Origin: Escherichia phage vB-EcoP-XT73
Sequence record: OR757436.1
Length of the DNA stretch: 64,000 nt
Strand: one strand, 5' to 3'
A model generated the notes under the pieces. It did no database searches, was not told where the DNA came from, and saw nothing but the letters and a program-made list of their open reading frames with translations. A program made the translations under genes and the position numbers. This document shows, piece after piece, positions 51,294-60,441 of the stretch (position 1 is the first letter of the stretch; each line of letters begins with the position of its first letter).

Positions 51294-51617
51294 ATGAAGA
51301 AGTTAATCGTTGGCTTGGCTGTTGGTTTGTCTTTGTTTGCTGGTAGTGCTAGCGCATACATGAAATGCGGAAGCATTGGAGTGGTCACAGCCTCTAATGG
51401 TGCTAAAAATCTCACCGCTTTAGGTAAGACTTGGTCCGCTACTGAGGTTATCACTTTAGAAAATGGCTTAAAGGCTGTAATCTATGATAACCGGAAAGAT
51501 GGTTCAATTCTTCGGGTTGTTCCTACGGAAGATGGGAAAACGGTTGCCATTATCTATTATCGAGATGCGGAATCTAATCTTAATGGTAATCCTGTGCTTT
51601 CCGGTATGTGCCGATAG
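51294..51617 (+). CDS. secreted protein with Sec-type signal peptide
   Basis: MKKLIVGLAVGLSLFAGSASA followed by a hydrophilic mature region. Confidence 0.5.
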   Translation: MKKLIVGLAVGLSLFAGSASAYMKCGSIGVVTASNGAKNLTALGKTWSATEVITLENGLKAVIYDNRKDGSILRVVPTEDGKTVAIIYYRDAESNLNGNPVLSGMCR

Positions 51618-51954
51618 TCTATCTGATGCTCTAAATCCTTCCTATAAGCCTCCTAGTGAGGCTTTTCTCATTTCTAAGGTGATTGTATTCCTTACCCTCC
51701 TTTAGCTCATTGTGATGCGTCTGAGAGCGTCAAATAGTGCTTTACAAGCCTGTTTTAGTATGTTATTCGCGTGCGCGTTCCTTTACCTACTCCTCTACGA
51801 AAAAGTTTAAAATAATTTGCTTTGCCCTATTGCATTACTCACTGGTTGGCGTATACTTCAATTCATCGGGTACGATGAAAAACATACAAGGCAAGAAATT
51901 GCCCCGCTCTTTAAAAATCAGGCTAGAAAGTGAAAAAATACTTGAAAAAAGTAT

Positions 51955-51982
51955 TTGACAACTGGAAAGCCTAACCTATAAT
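51955..51982 (+). promoter_or_regulatory. sigma70-type promoter (consensus -35 and -10)
   Basis: TTGACA, 16-nt spacer, TATAAT, preceded by A-tracts. Confidence 0.6.
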
Positions 51983-52101
51983 GAGCATAAGTCAGCGATG
52001 ACGTGAAACATCCCCGCTCTTTAAAAACTTATCATCTTGCCCTTTCGCATAGATTCAAGCGAGATAAGGGAAAAGAATAAAAGAAGATGATAAAAAAGAG
52101 G

Positions 52102-52130
52102 TTGCAAACGTGGTTAAGGTAGTTCATACT
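52102..52130 (+). promoter_or_regulatory. sigma70-type promoter candidate
   Basis: TTGCAA, 17-nt spacer, CATACT, A-rich upstream. Confidence 0.45.
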
Positions 52131-52407
52131 AACCACAAGTTAACAAAACAACGTTAACTAGTTCCCAAGTCAACGTATCGCGGGAAAGGTGGCACATAGT
52201 GCAGCGAGTAGTTCGGGAGTAGGCGCCCCGTTAATGAATAAGTAAGCCTTTAATGATGCAGTGATTAGCAGACACTATAAAAGGCTAAAAACGCTCTTTA
52301 ACAATATGGATCATAAGTTTAAGCCTTATCGCTTAATCTTCAATCAAATAAAGCTGGTTGATATATCCTCCCAATAGCGGGAACGACGAAAAAGATTAAA
52401 AAAGCGG

Positions 52408-52436
52408 TTGACAGCAAAAACATCATGGTCCATACT
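52408..52436 (+). promoter_or_regulatory. sigma70-type promoter candidate
   Basis: TTGACA, 17-nt spacer, CATACT, preceded by aaaaaagcgg. Confidence 0.5.
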
Positions 52437-53357
52437 GAGCACTCACTAAGCAAAACACCGCTTCAGTGAAAAGCGAAACAACGGCTAACAGTTGCATGAC
52501 GTGAGAAAGCACGTCGATAGATTTACCGCTCTTTAATAATTTAAACATTCCCCTATATCGGTTAAATATGTTTGATGATAATAACCATCGGAAAACATAC
52601 CAGATAAAACGGTGTAAAACTCCCTAAAATATCAGGGTAAACAGTTTTACATTCCCTTACTGGAAACGCCACCACTGATAAGCGGATTCATTGAGTACAC
52701 GCAACGGCTTAAGCTAATCGCCCACGGTTAAGGGTAGCGGCGGCCATCGCTAACACGGTGCTACAGTGAAAGAAACTAATCAGGGTAGGCAATCCCGACG
52801 AATTAACGCTCAATTGAGAGCGGCGGGGAGTGGTTAAAAAGTGGCAAATTGCTATTTAACAATAAGGTTTAATGCGAACGTTTACGATGTGAACGGCTTG
52901 AGATTCATCACAAGATGAAAGTACATAGCCGGTTTATGTAGTAAACCTGCCGAAAGATATAAAACGCCGGAATACTAGGCGGTTAGTGACTTTTTCGCAA
53001 TAGTATCCCGTAGTGGGCGATGACTAGCGAAAGAGAGCTGATATAAAAGGATAAGCGGGAGCGAAAGCAAAGTAAACGATATTGCCGACGGTTACAGTAA
53101 TGTAATTAAATAGAGTCGGACGCATAGCCTTATTGTGATGATTGATCATCGCTATCAGGTCGGCTTCGTTTATAGCGACTAATTAAAGATACCAGATGAA
53201 ACATCACGGATAAGGGGGCGGCAAGGTTAACTCCTGACAAGACCGCCCCGCTTATCAATAATTACTTAACAATGAGTGATTATCGATAAGTCAATGGCGA
53301 CTTAAAAAGCTCATAGAGAGCGGGGCATAGTGCCCTTACAATTGAAAGGTGAATATC

Positions 53358-54257
53358 ATGGCTAAAATTTTTAATCTGGTAAAAGAATCTGGTTTTAACG
53401 CACTGGCTAACAACATTCGTAGCAACAACGCGGCGATTAAACAAGATGTTTCTAATTTTCTGTTAGGGCACTTGCAGCACTTCCGCAGTAACGGCAAGAA
53501 GTTAGATGTATTGCAGTCGGCGGTTGATTTTCTGTTAACCGAACGTTTCCGCGATATGGATGTGATCGCCACTGCAATTACTTTCTTAACCCCAATCAAG
53601 TTTAACACCGATGCGGCAAATGGTCGTAAGAAGTGGATTAATCTGGAAGGTGAAGCGAAAGCGAAAGAAGATGCGAAAGAAGCGCAAATTAAGGCCAAAA
53701 TGGAACAAAACCGTGCTCGCTGGTCAAATGCTTTCGAAAATTTTGCTTTAGGCCGTGAAATTGAAGTCGATAACCCTAACTTCTACAAGGGTTGCAATGA
53801 CAACGTGGCGGCACACCTGCAAATCCCGGCGAAAAACAAGGAAGATTTTAATCAGGATATTTACGCTTTAGTTGAACGCTTGAATGCAATCCGTATCGAA
53901 GCCAAATTGTTGGCTGATGAGCGCAATGGCGCTACCAGTGATAATACTATTGCCTTGAGTGAAGAAGTGGGGAAAGTTAAAAAGTCCTTTGATTCACTCA
54001 TCAAGAAAGTCACGGCCTCAACGGTAGCGATCTCGGATGATTATCTGATGAACGCATCAAGCAAGGAATTAGGATCACTCGATTCATACGCTGATGAAAT
54101 GGAAAAGACTGTTGCAGCTATGCAGGAGAAGTTAGAAAGTCTGCGCGGTCGTATCTCTTCAACGGTTGCTACCCGTACCGAACAAGCTGCGAAAGAAGAA
54201 GAGGAAGAAGTATTGCGCAAGGCAGCTGAGATTATGGCGGCACGTCAGGCAGCATAA
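53358..54257 (+). CDS. hypothetical early protein
   Basis: First long ORF downstream of the promoter cluster; GAAAGGTG RBS before ATG 53358; charged helical sequence. Confidence 0.5.
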   Translation: MAKIFNLVKESGFNALANNIRSNNAAIKQDVSNFLLGHLQHFRSNGKKLDVLQSAVDFLLTERFRDMDVIATAITFLTPIKFNTDAANGRKKWINLEGEAKAKEDAKEAQIKAKMEQNRARWSNAFENFALGREIEVDNPNFYKGCNDNVAAHLQIPAKNKEDFNQDIYALVERLNAIRIEAKLLADERNGATSDNTIALSEEVGKVKKSFDSLIKKVTASTVAISDDYLMNASSKELGSLDSYADEMEKTVAAMQEKLESLRGRISSTVATRTEQAAKEEEEEVLRKAAEIMAARQAA

Positions 54258-54288
54258 GTAAGACAATTCTAATAAACATGAGGCGCTA

Positions 54289-54318
54289 TCTTAACGGGTA
54301 GCGCCTTTTCTTTTATCA
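54289..54318 (+). terminator. rho-independent terminator
   Basis: ggcgctatc-ttaacgg-gtagcgcc hairpin followed by ttttcttttat. Confidence 0.6.
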
Positions 54319-54359
54319 GTGCATTGATTCAGTGCATTAATCAAAGAATATAATCAAAG

Positions 54360-54587
54360 GTGACGATCATGTTAATTACGCATACCACGATTTATCGGAA
54401 TCTTGTCAACGGTCAACATTACCGACTATCTAAAAAGTATGGCGTTGAATGTAAATGTGCTATTACCGGTGAATGGTATCCGTCGCCAATGAAGATTGAA
54501 ACGTTGGAACGCGAAGCGATCAGCTATATTATCACGCAAGAAACAACGTTAGGCCGTATCTTAAGAAAGCTGGGATTAAGAAAATGA
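54360..54587 (+). CDS. hypothetical protein
   Basis: 75-aa ORF. Confidence 0.4.
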   Translation: MTIMLITHTTIYRNLVNGQHYRLSKKYGVECKCAITGEWYPSPMKIETLEREAISYIITQETTLGRILRKLGLRK

Positions 54588-54808
54588 TATTCAGTAGCAA
54601 TTTTGGCAAGTGTCCTATTTGTGAGAAACATCGCAGCACGGGAAACCATCGCAAATGTAGTAAGATATTACAGCGCCAACGTGATAACAAACATTGGGAT
54701 ACTGTACACACCAACCAACGTAAGGAAGAAGTTAGAAAAATGGCTGTTAAAGCGTCATTTGCTCAATCCACCCGTATTGAACACATTCAAAGGTATCAAG
54801 CATTATGA
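54584..54808 (+). CDS. small basic Cys/His-containing protein
   Basis: FGKCPICEKHRSTGNHRKCSK; an overlapping alternative frame (54603..54815) also exists. Confidence 0.35.
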   Translation: MIFSSNFGKCPICEKHRSTGNHRKCSKILQRQRDNKHWDTVHTNQRKEEVRKMAVKASFAQSTRIEHIQRYQAL

Positions 54809-55014
54809 TCACTAACATCTCAGAATTTAAGAAGGCTCCTTCCCGACTGTTAGGCCGTCGTGTTGTATATCTTTATAGCAACAAAGGTAAATGTACAACC
54901 GGACGAATTACAACGGTGAGTAGTGCTAACAAGAAGCTGTTAAAGTTATGCGTGGCTATGGATGATGGTACAATCCTGCTACGCAGTTGGAAATCGTTTA
55001 GTTTACTTGATTAA
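54805..55014 (+). CDS. hypothetical protein
   Basis: 69-aa ORF. Confidence 0.4.
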   Translation: MITNISEFKKAPSRLLGRRVVYLYSNKGKCTTGRITTVSSANKKLLKLCVAMDDGTILLRSWKSFSLLD

Positions 55015-55083
55015 GTTGTTTGTTCAAGCCTATCCCCTTGATGGGCTTGCCCGATATAACTTATCACTGAAAGGAATAAGATT

Positions 55084-55527
55084 GTGGCTAAATCTAAAAT
55101 CAGCATGAAGGGCGGTCGTTGTTTTGCTATCTCTGAATTAGAGAAAGAGAAACCAAAGGCAACCAATCACGTCAGTAAGCGTAGTTTAAAACGTCGTGCT
55201 GCAAAGGCTGAAGCTGAATCCCATATCCCTTCTAGTGTGGCAAAACGTGTAGGCCATCGTGTCCATCGTGCTGATGCGTTATTGTTAGCCGATCATAAAC
55301 GTTCTTTGTTAAAGAGCGGGGGAGCTAAAACAGAAGAGGAGAAGAAGTTAGAAATCTTCTGTAATGGTCGCACCCGTGGTAAACAGAAGTTTAAGGGTAG
55401 CACGAAAGACCCTCAGGCTTTTCCTAAGACAAGCCAGTGTGCGCCTGATGTTTTCTACGCAGATAGTAAACACAAATGGGGAGTTGAAAAATACATTGAC
55501 CCCATAAAAGAGGCGAGGGTAAAATGA
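55084..55527 (+). CDS. strongly basic protein (nucleic-acid-binding candidate)
   Basis: 147 aa rich in Lys/Arg/His. Confidence 0.4.
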   Translation: MAKSKISMKGGRCFAISELEKEKPKATNHVSKRSLKRRAAKAEAESHIPSSVAKRVGHRVHRADALLLADHKRSLLKSGGAKTEEEKKLEIFCNGRTRGKQKFKGSTKDPQAFPKTSQCAPDVFYADSKHKWGVEKYIDPIKEARVK

Positions 55528-55706
55528 TTTATTCAGAGATTCTAAATAAAGTCAGAGAGATGCGGAAAGGTGATGCAGTAGTTGATGTTTTGGTTCATCT
55601 GGTAGCATCCTTGCAAGAAGAAAACGATTTGCTAAAGAAGGAGATAGAATCTAGAAGTAGAGAAAGGGATAGGGAGTCATTACGGAATAGCACCCCTCTC
55701 TTTTAG
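55524..55706 (+). CDS. hypothetical protein
   Basis: 60-aa helical ORF. Confidence 0.35.
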   Translation: MIYSEILNKVREMRKGDAVVDVLVHLVASLQEENDLLKKEIESRSRERDRESLRNSTPLF

Positions 55707-55759
55707 TACTATGACGCTCTTTCTGTCACGTCGTGCCCTCTCCCCATTTGAAGCTTCCG

Positions 55760-55880
55760 CATAGCCGCCTTTGAGCGGCTTTTTGCGTTGCTATAAGTGC
55801 ATTTGCGAGTGTATTTATAGCAACGGTCATGTGTTGCTTTCAGGTTTGCCCCGGCTACGGCTGGGGCTTTTTTATGCCCG
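55760..55880 (+). terminator. two tandem hairpin terminators
   Basis: agccgcctttgagcggct + ttttt, then gccccggctacggctggggc + tttttt. Confidence 0.5.
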
Positions 55881-55922
55881 TAAAACAGGAGGTAGCAAGT
55901 TCTGATAACAACGGCCCAGCTA

Positions 55923-56312
55923 ATGTTGACATTGACTATTTATTATGAGGCAGGGAACCAGCCAACCGCATGTAAGGCTTTAGTTGCGGATACCGTAATA
56001 AATAGAATGGCTCAACGAAAACTGACCGCTGAACAGGTGATAAGACAAAAGAACCAGTTTGAGTGGATTCCGGTACTATTAAAACAGGAGAAACCTTATA
56101 AACGTTATGTAAAGCTGATTCGTGACAAGAATCCGATGACTAAGCAAGCCATTGGAGAAAGCGAGCGACTTGCTAAACGTGCCCTTAAGAAGAATTATGT
56201 TCCGCTGTATAGTGGGACTTACTTTCAGAGTAAGAGCGAAGGGGTGCCAAAATGGTATGCCAATCCTATATATTGTGGTGATTTAGTGTTCGATAATAGC
56301 TCTAGGGAATAA
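55923..56312 (+). CDS. cell-wall hydrolase, SleB/CwlJ-like domain (candidate)
   Basis: IYYEAGNQPTACKALVADTVINRMAQ...NQFEW resembles the Hydrolase_2 motif; the start may lie upstream at a non-ATG codon. Confidence 0.4.
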   Translation: MLTLTIYYEAGNQPTACKALVADTVINRMAQRKLTAEQVIRQKNQFEWIPVLLKQEKPYKRYVKLIRDKNPMTKQAIGESERLAKRALKKNYVPLYSGTYFQSKSEGVPKWYANPIYCGDLVFDNSSRE

Positions 56313-56511
56313 TCACTAGTGCCAGATTTGACAAACTAAATTCCTTTATAAACCAACCACTTAGTAAATTTATTGAAAAAGATGGTAGTATTCTGGGACT
56401 ATGAGTAATGCTCTGTATATAGACCCTTTGAAAATTTCTTAGAAAATAAGTTTACTAAATATAACTTACTTAAATAATATTACTTTTAATCTCTGATAAA
56501 GGGTAAATAAT

Positions 56512-56808
56512 ATGACTTTAGAAGTATATAAATTCCTTTTTGTAAGCTGTTTAACTATCAGCGTTATAGGATTTATTGTTCTCAGAAACAAAGCAGCAAG
56601 CTGGGAGAGAATGTATAGATCTCTAGTCCGAGTGGATGAGATGTATAATGAGAAAGTTAAAGTAACACTCAACGATCTTATTATGCAAGTTGAAGACAGA
56701 AACAAGCGTCTTCAGAATCTCAATCATGAAGTGTTGCGCCTTGCTCGTGCTAATGAAGACTTGCGAGTGGCTATTGCTAAGCAGCAGGAGATTAACAGTG
56801 AAAGTTAA
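56512..56808 (+). CDS. membrane-anchored coiled-coil protein
   Basis: N-terminal hydrophobic segment FLFVSCLTISVIGFIVL followed by a heptad-like region. Confidence 0.45.
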   Translation: MTLEVYKFLFVSCLTISVIGFIVLRNKAASWERMYRSLVRVDEMYNEKVKVTLNDLIMQVEDRNKRLQNLNHEVLRLARANEDLRVAIAKQQEINSES

Positions 56809-57031
56809 TATCAAGCCCGATCATACCACACTTCGTTTAAATAACATGAGGCCGGGTGCCCTGTTTCATTTTAAAGGCTCCCTCTATATCAGAACCGGAT
56901 TAACAACTGACTATCACGTCAATTGTGTTAACGTGGTTTCTGGAGAGCTTATTGTTATCAGCAAAAACGAAGTCTGCCAAGTGCGCAACGATCTCCACAT
57001 AACCAACATAGAGGCTAAAGATGAAGATTGA
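56800..57031 (+). CDS. small protein, paralogue family C
   Basis: GTG start overlapping the upstream stop; ...LRLNNMRPGALFHF...YHVNCVNVVSGELI fits the family pattern. The longer track ORF (56690..57031) overlaps the upstream gene and is taken as an over-extension. Confidence 0.45.
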
Positions 57032-57275
57032 TCTTAACCTTAAAGCTAAAGAATTGCGTGTGGGTGATTTGAAACTTGGCGATGTGTTCCAAGTTAAGGC
57101 AACATGTATTGATTATTACATGATCGTTCAGTTATATACACCACATGTGTCAGAGACTGATCTTCGGAATGGTTGTGTAGTTCTTAATTTAAGAACCAAT
57201 CAAGTAATGAAGCTAGATTCAAACTTACCTGTTTCAGTTATCCATGATGCAGTAATTACCAACAAAGAAGAGTAA
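57021..57275 (+). CDS. small protein, paralogue family C
   Basis: KELRVGDLKLGDVFQV...YYMIV...GCVVLNLRTNQV. Confidence 0.5.
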   Translation: MKIDLNLKAKELRVGDLKLGDVFQVKATCIDYYMIVQLYTPHVSETDLRNGCVVLNLRTNQVMKLDSNLPVSVIHDAVITNKEE

Positions 57276-57575
57276 CATCGACTTATAGCCCTTGTGTTTA
57301 TCAGAGGGCTATGTGAGGGTGTTCCTCATTAACTTATTAATTCAGGCATATGCCACACCGCTAGGGAGAGCTTGCTCGAACATCCGGTGTTAGACTAAAA
57401 CCTGTTAATTTTCGAAAGACTTTCTGATATGTAGGGGTACATATCGGTTTGGGATTCAGGAGACTTCCTAGGGGTAGGGAGTCTTCACCAGTTTGTAGAG
57501 TAGGTGGCTCTATTGTAAGAGTCATCCGCTATATCAACTGGCAATAATGCCTCCACTAACAAAGAGAGATAGGTA

Positions 57576-57719
57576 TGAAAGTATCAACCAAACGTATGAA
57601 CCGCCCTGAACGTATGGATGCAGTAGCTAACGGTGCTCTGAAACTGGAAGGCTTCTGGATTCATGCAATGTCAGCCATCCGTAACAAGCAAGGTAATTGG
57701 ACTTATGCCGGTTAAAACA
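57576..57719 (+). CDS. small basic protein (47 aa)
   Basis: AGAGAGATAGG precedes the ATG; below the ORF-track cutoff. Confidence 0.3.
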
Positions 57720-57914
57720 GCTCATGTGATAGGTATGCGAGAGATCATTCGCATTGCCTTGATGGAACACACTGATCGAAACATGCAACTAACGCAAATC
57801 TCTAAGTGTCTTAATTGCTCAAGAGATATGGCTAAGGAATTAATGTTCGCATTCCTTTATAATGCAGAAGATGGGTTTTTACAAAACCGTCTGCTTGGTT
57901 TAAAACAGAAATAA
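57705..57914 (+). CDS. hypothetical protein
   Basis: Start taken at the internal Met (MPVKTAH...) of the track ORF 57663..57914; a hairpin with T tract follows. Confidence 0.35.
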   Translation: MPVKTAHVIGMREIIRIALMEHTDRNMQLTQISKCLNCSRDMAKELMFAFLYNAEDGFLQNRLLGLKQK

Positions 57915-57999
57915 ATAAATAAAAGGCTGCCCAATCGGGTGGCCTTTGTTGTTTTAATTAAGGGACAGCTCTTACTTAAACTAACAAGAGGAAGCTCAA

Positions 58000-58176
58000 A
58001 TGTCTAAGCAAACAATCAAGAATACACAAGCTGGTTACTCTTATGTTAACTCTCCTTGCTGTGGTGCTCGTGTTAATCTGGTTAAAGAAGAGGTTCGTAT
58101 CGTTCAGCGTGGAGCTACTGTTGTTCGTTCATGCTGTGTCTGTGGTAATGACATCTTTATTAAAGGTAAAGTATGA
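58000..58176 (+). CDS. small Cys-rich protein
   Basis: About 58 aa with SPCCGARV ... CC-x-C; below the ORF-track cutoff. My hand reading of this stretch was off by one base against the ORF track, so the 3' end is approximate. Confidence 0.3.
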   Translation: MSKQTIKNTQAGYSYVNSPCCGARVNLVKEEVRIVQRGATVVRSCCVCGNDIFIKGKV

Positions 58177-58397
58177 TTATCGTCCACTCTGAACCTAAAG
58201 ATAATACTTTTGGTAGTCTACGTAATGGTGATGTATTCTCTCTAGAAATAGACGGGGATACAAAACCTCCTTTATACATGAAGGTTATGCACAGACATGC
58301 TATCTGTATAAAGAATCCTGAAACAAGATTCACCTTTGATAGAACTTGCCCTGTCAAATACTATCAAGCTACCCTAAATGTTAGGAGAGTAGGATGA
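58173..58397 (+). CDS. small protein, paralogue family C
   Basis: DNTFGSLRNGDVFSL...LYMKVMH...HAICIKNPETRF. Confidence 0.5.
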   Translation: MIIVHSEPKDNTFGSLRNGDVFSLEIDGDTKPPLYMKVMHRHAICIKNPETRFTFDRTCPVKYYQATLNVRRVG

Positions 58398-58645
58398 AAA
58401 ACTTCCAAGCTGCACCAATAACTAAAGCGATCGCAGTTAGTGATGTGATGATGACTGTTCCTCTGAACACTCGTTACATTGCAATTGACAAGATGGGTTA
58501 TGTATGGGCTTGGAAGATTAAGCCTAGCTATAACGCATTGTTTGACGAGTTTGTTTGTACTGGTACTTACAGTCCTACATTCTTGGGTTTATTTGGAGAG
58601 TTTGAAGGTCAGTATAAAATCATTACTCTCCCTGCTTGTGTTTGA
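58394..58645 (+). CDS. small protein, paralogue pair D
   Basis: RYIAIDKMGYVWAWKIKP; shares the Y-I/L-A-x-D-x-x-G-x-V-W/Y core with the next ORF. Confidence 0.45.
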   Translation: MKNFQAAPITKAIAVSDVMMTVPLNTRYIAIDKMGYVWAWKIKPSYNALFDEFVCTGTYSPTFLGLFGEFEGQYKIITLPACV

Positions 58646-58654
58646 GGTTCTGGT

Positions 58655-58886
58655 GAAGACTAAAGAGGTTAAATATTTTGGTGAAGTTATTAAAATAGGT
58701 AACTCTATAAGATATTTAGCAACTGATAGCAACGGCGAAGTGTATGGGTTTACTCATAAGCCAGAAATTCGTGGGTATGCTTGGGCACTCCCTTATGGAA
58801 CTCCATTCGAGACTGGAGGGGCTGTTTATCTTAATGATAATGGACCTCTGTTTGGGTGGAAAACATCTCTCGTTGAGGTGGTATAA
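58655..58886 (+). CDS. small protein, paralogue pair D
   Basis: RYLATDSNGEVYGFTHKPEIRGYAWALP; non-ATG start assumed just after the upstream stop. Confidence 0.35.
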
Positions 58887-58888
58887 TT

Positions 58889-59053
58889 ATGTTCAAGTGG
58901 TTTAAATATCTCTTCCATCTCCATGAGTGGGAGACAATCAAAGCGGTTAGTTTAAATACATACAATGAGTTTGGTAAACTGGAAAGTACCGGAACTCGTT
59001 ACATACTTCGATGTAAAACATGTGGTCATATCACTAAGCGGGATATGATCTAA
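58889..59053 (+). CDS. small H-E-W / C-x-x-C protein
   Basis: MFKWFKYLFHLHEWETIK...RCKTCGH; 54 aa. Confidence 0.35.
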   Translation: MFKWFKYLFHLHEWETIKAVSLNTYNEFGKLESTGTRYILRCKTCGHITKRDMI

Positions 59054-59061
59054 GAGGTGTT

Positions 59062-59271
59062 ATGTTCTTTCGTAAGAAAAAGCCCGAAGATTCTGGATGT
59101 AAACATGAGTGGGTGATCACTGAAAACTTACATATCACTCACGCTAAAGACACTCCAGTTGAAGCGAAAGAGTCTCGTGTATCTCGTGTCTGTAAACGCT
59201 GTTTGAAAATAGAACAGCATAAAGTCCCCGGTCATATAGGTCATGATGTGGCCTTGCGTATCTTCAGTTAA
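59062..59271 (+). CDS. small H-E-W / C-x-x-C protein
   Basis: ...CKHEWVITEN...VCKRCLK; paralogue of the 58889 ORF. Confidence 0.4.
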   Translation: MFFRKKKPEDSGCKHEWVITENLHITHAKDTPVEAKESRVSRVCKRCLKIEQHKVPGHIGHDVALRIFS

Positions 59272-59289
59272 ACAAATTCAGAGGTTAAT

Positions 59290-59598
59290 GTGAAACAAAA
59301 GCATTTTATCATCTCAACCTTACTACTAATGACAACCATTGGTATCATCTCTGTTAATAGTGCAGAGATTGGGGTTAAGTATCAGAGTGTTCAGCAATGC
59401 ACTCTTAAAGAGCATAGCTTAACTGGTATCAAAGAATCTCATGGTATGGTAAGAGATGGGCTTCTGTTTGTAGAAACAACTTCTGGTAATCGTGTCATGG
59501 CTACTGATGGCAAAGAAACAAAGTATGCCTACTTCCCTGATACAACAGGCTACTACACTTTTGAAGAGAAGGATTGTAAGAAGTCTTTCTCTTTATAA
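59290..59598 (+). CDS. secreted protein with signal peptide
   Basis: MKQKHFIISTLLLMTTIGIISVNSAE. Confidence 0.5.
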   Translation: MKQKHFIISTLLLMTTIGIISVNSAEIGVKYQSVQQCTLKEHSLTGIKESHGMVRDGLLFVETTSGNRVMATDGKETKYAYFPDTTGYYTFEEKDCKKSFSL

Positions 59599-59607
59599 AA
59601 GAATCAA

Positions 59608-59682
59608 GTCCCTATAGTTAAAAGGATATAACAGATTTCTTCTAAAAATCCATTCTAGGTTCGAGTCCTAGTGGGGACGCCA
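59608..59682 (+). tRNA. tRNA-Arg (anticodon TCT)
   Basis: Hand-folded cloverleaf: acceptor gtcccta/tggggac (one G-U), D stem gtta/taac with GG in the loop, anticodon stem gattt/aaatc with loop cTTCTaa, T stem ctagg/cctag with loop ttcgagt, discriminator G and encoded CCA. Confidence 0.75.
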
Positions 59683-59702
59683 AATCAAATAGGAGGTGTG
59701 TT

Positions 59703-60002
59703 ATGAGTTGGGGTGGTGTAATATCCTTAATCGGTATCTTCATCGTCTGTGTGGCCCTTACAGGCTGTGTACAGAGCCGTCCTGATGGATGGTGTGCAGT
59801 AGCAGTGGATGGTATTTGTGTATCTCGCTGGCATAAAGGTGAGAAGGTTCCTTCTGGTGAGATTGATATGCGCTGGAACGGAGCAACCTGCTCTAATGCT
59901 AACCCTTCTATCAACGAAGAGAAATCTACACCGGATAATGTTGTGATTGATACAGCGTTGTGGTGTGGTGGCTCTGTAACAACAACCGGTAAGGAGTGGT
60001 GA
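59703..60002 (+). CDS. lipoprotein
   Basis: Signal peptide ISLIGIFIVCVALTGC with lipobox L-T-G-C; six further Cys in the mature part. Confidence 0.55.
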   Translation: MSWGGVISLIGIFIVCVALTGCVQSRPDGWCAVAVDGICVSRWHKGEKVPSGEIDMRWNGATCSNANPSINEEKSTPDNVVIDTALWCGGSVTTTGKEW

Positions 60003-60003
60003 T

Positions 60004-60201
60004 ATGAATTATACATCTACAAAGGTGTTAATTGATTCGATTAATAGCTCCTCAGAAGCTGTACAGGAGCGTTTAATACAAGATGTTAGCAATGACATTA
60101 AGTTCTTTGTTAAACGCCGCCTGTTAGGTTCTAAGGCTTATTACAGAGCTAAAGCAGAGTTAACTAAGAGAGTGTTTCTCTTACATGGCTTGGTATATTA
60201 A
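60004..60201 (+). CDS. hypothetical protein
   Basis: 65-aa ORF. Confidence 0.4.
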   Translation: MNYTSTKVLIDSINSSSEAVQERLIQDVSNDIKFFVKRRLLGSKAYYRAKAELTKRVFLLHGLVY

Positions 60202-60210
60202 GGAACTTAT

Positions 60211-60432
60211 ATGAAATTAGATTCTAAACAATCCCTTAAAACTGTTGAACTATCCACACTGCCAAACGGAAGTATTTTTGGTCATGATAAACACTTCTGG
60301 ATTAAAACAGACTACTTGAACGATGGGTATATCACCTGTGTCAATCTTTGGAATGGCTCAGTGGATGGCTATCGCCCTAGTGCAAAAGTAGTCCCTCAGC
60401 CTGATGCAAAGGCTATAGGTTTAGTTTATTAA
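60211..60432 (+). CDS. small protein, paralogue family C
   Basis: KTVELSTLPNGSIFGH...FWIKTDY...GYITCVNLWNGSV. Confidence 0.5.
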   Translation: MKLDSKQSLKTVELSTLPNGSIFGHDKHFWIKTDYLNDGYITCVNLWNGSVDGYRPSAKVVPQPDAKAIGLVY

Positions 60433-60441
60433 GGAGTTTAT

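Larger units (their letters stand above)
51902..52539 (+). repeat. dispersed direct copies of a CCCCGCTCTTTAA(A/T)AA motif in the ORF-free early region
   Basis: Near-identical copies at about 51902 and 52012, degenerate copies at about 52292 and 52526, and inverted variants near 52815 and 53318. Confidence 0.5.

Noticed and set aside
53336-53698. Minus-strand ORF of 120 aa overlapping the first early gene
   Set aside because: It is antisense to the plus-strand gene that follows the strong promoters, with no start context.
59642-60016. Minus-strand ORF of 124 aa
   Set aside because: It overlaps the tRNA-Arg and the lipoprotein gene on the opposite strand; it has no RBS and an implausible sequence.
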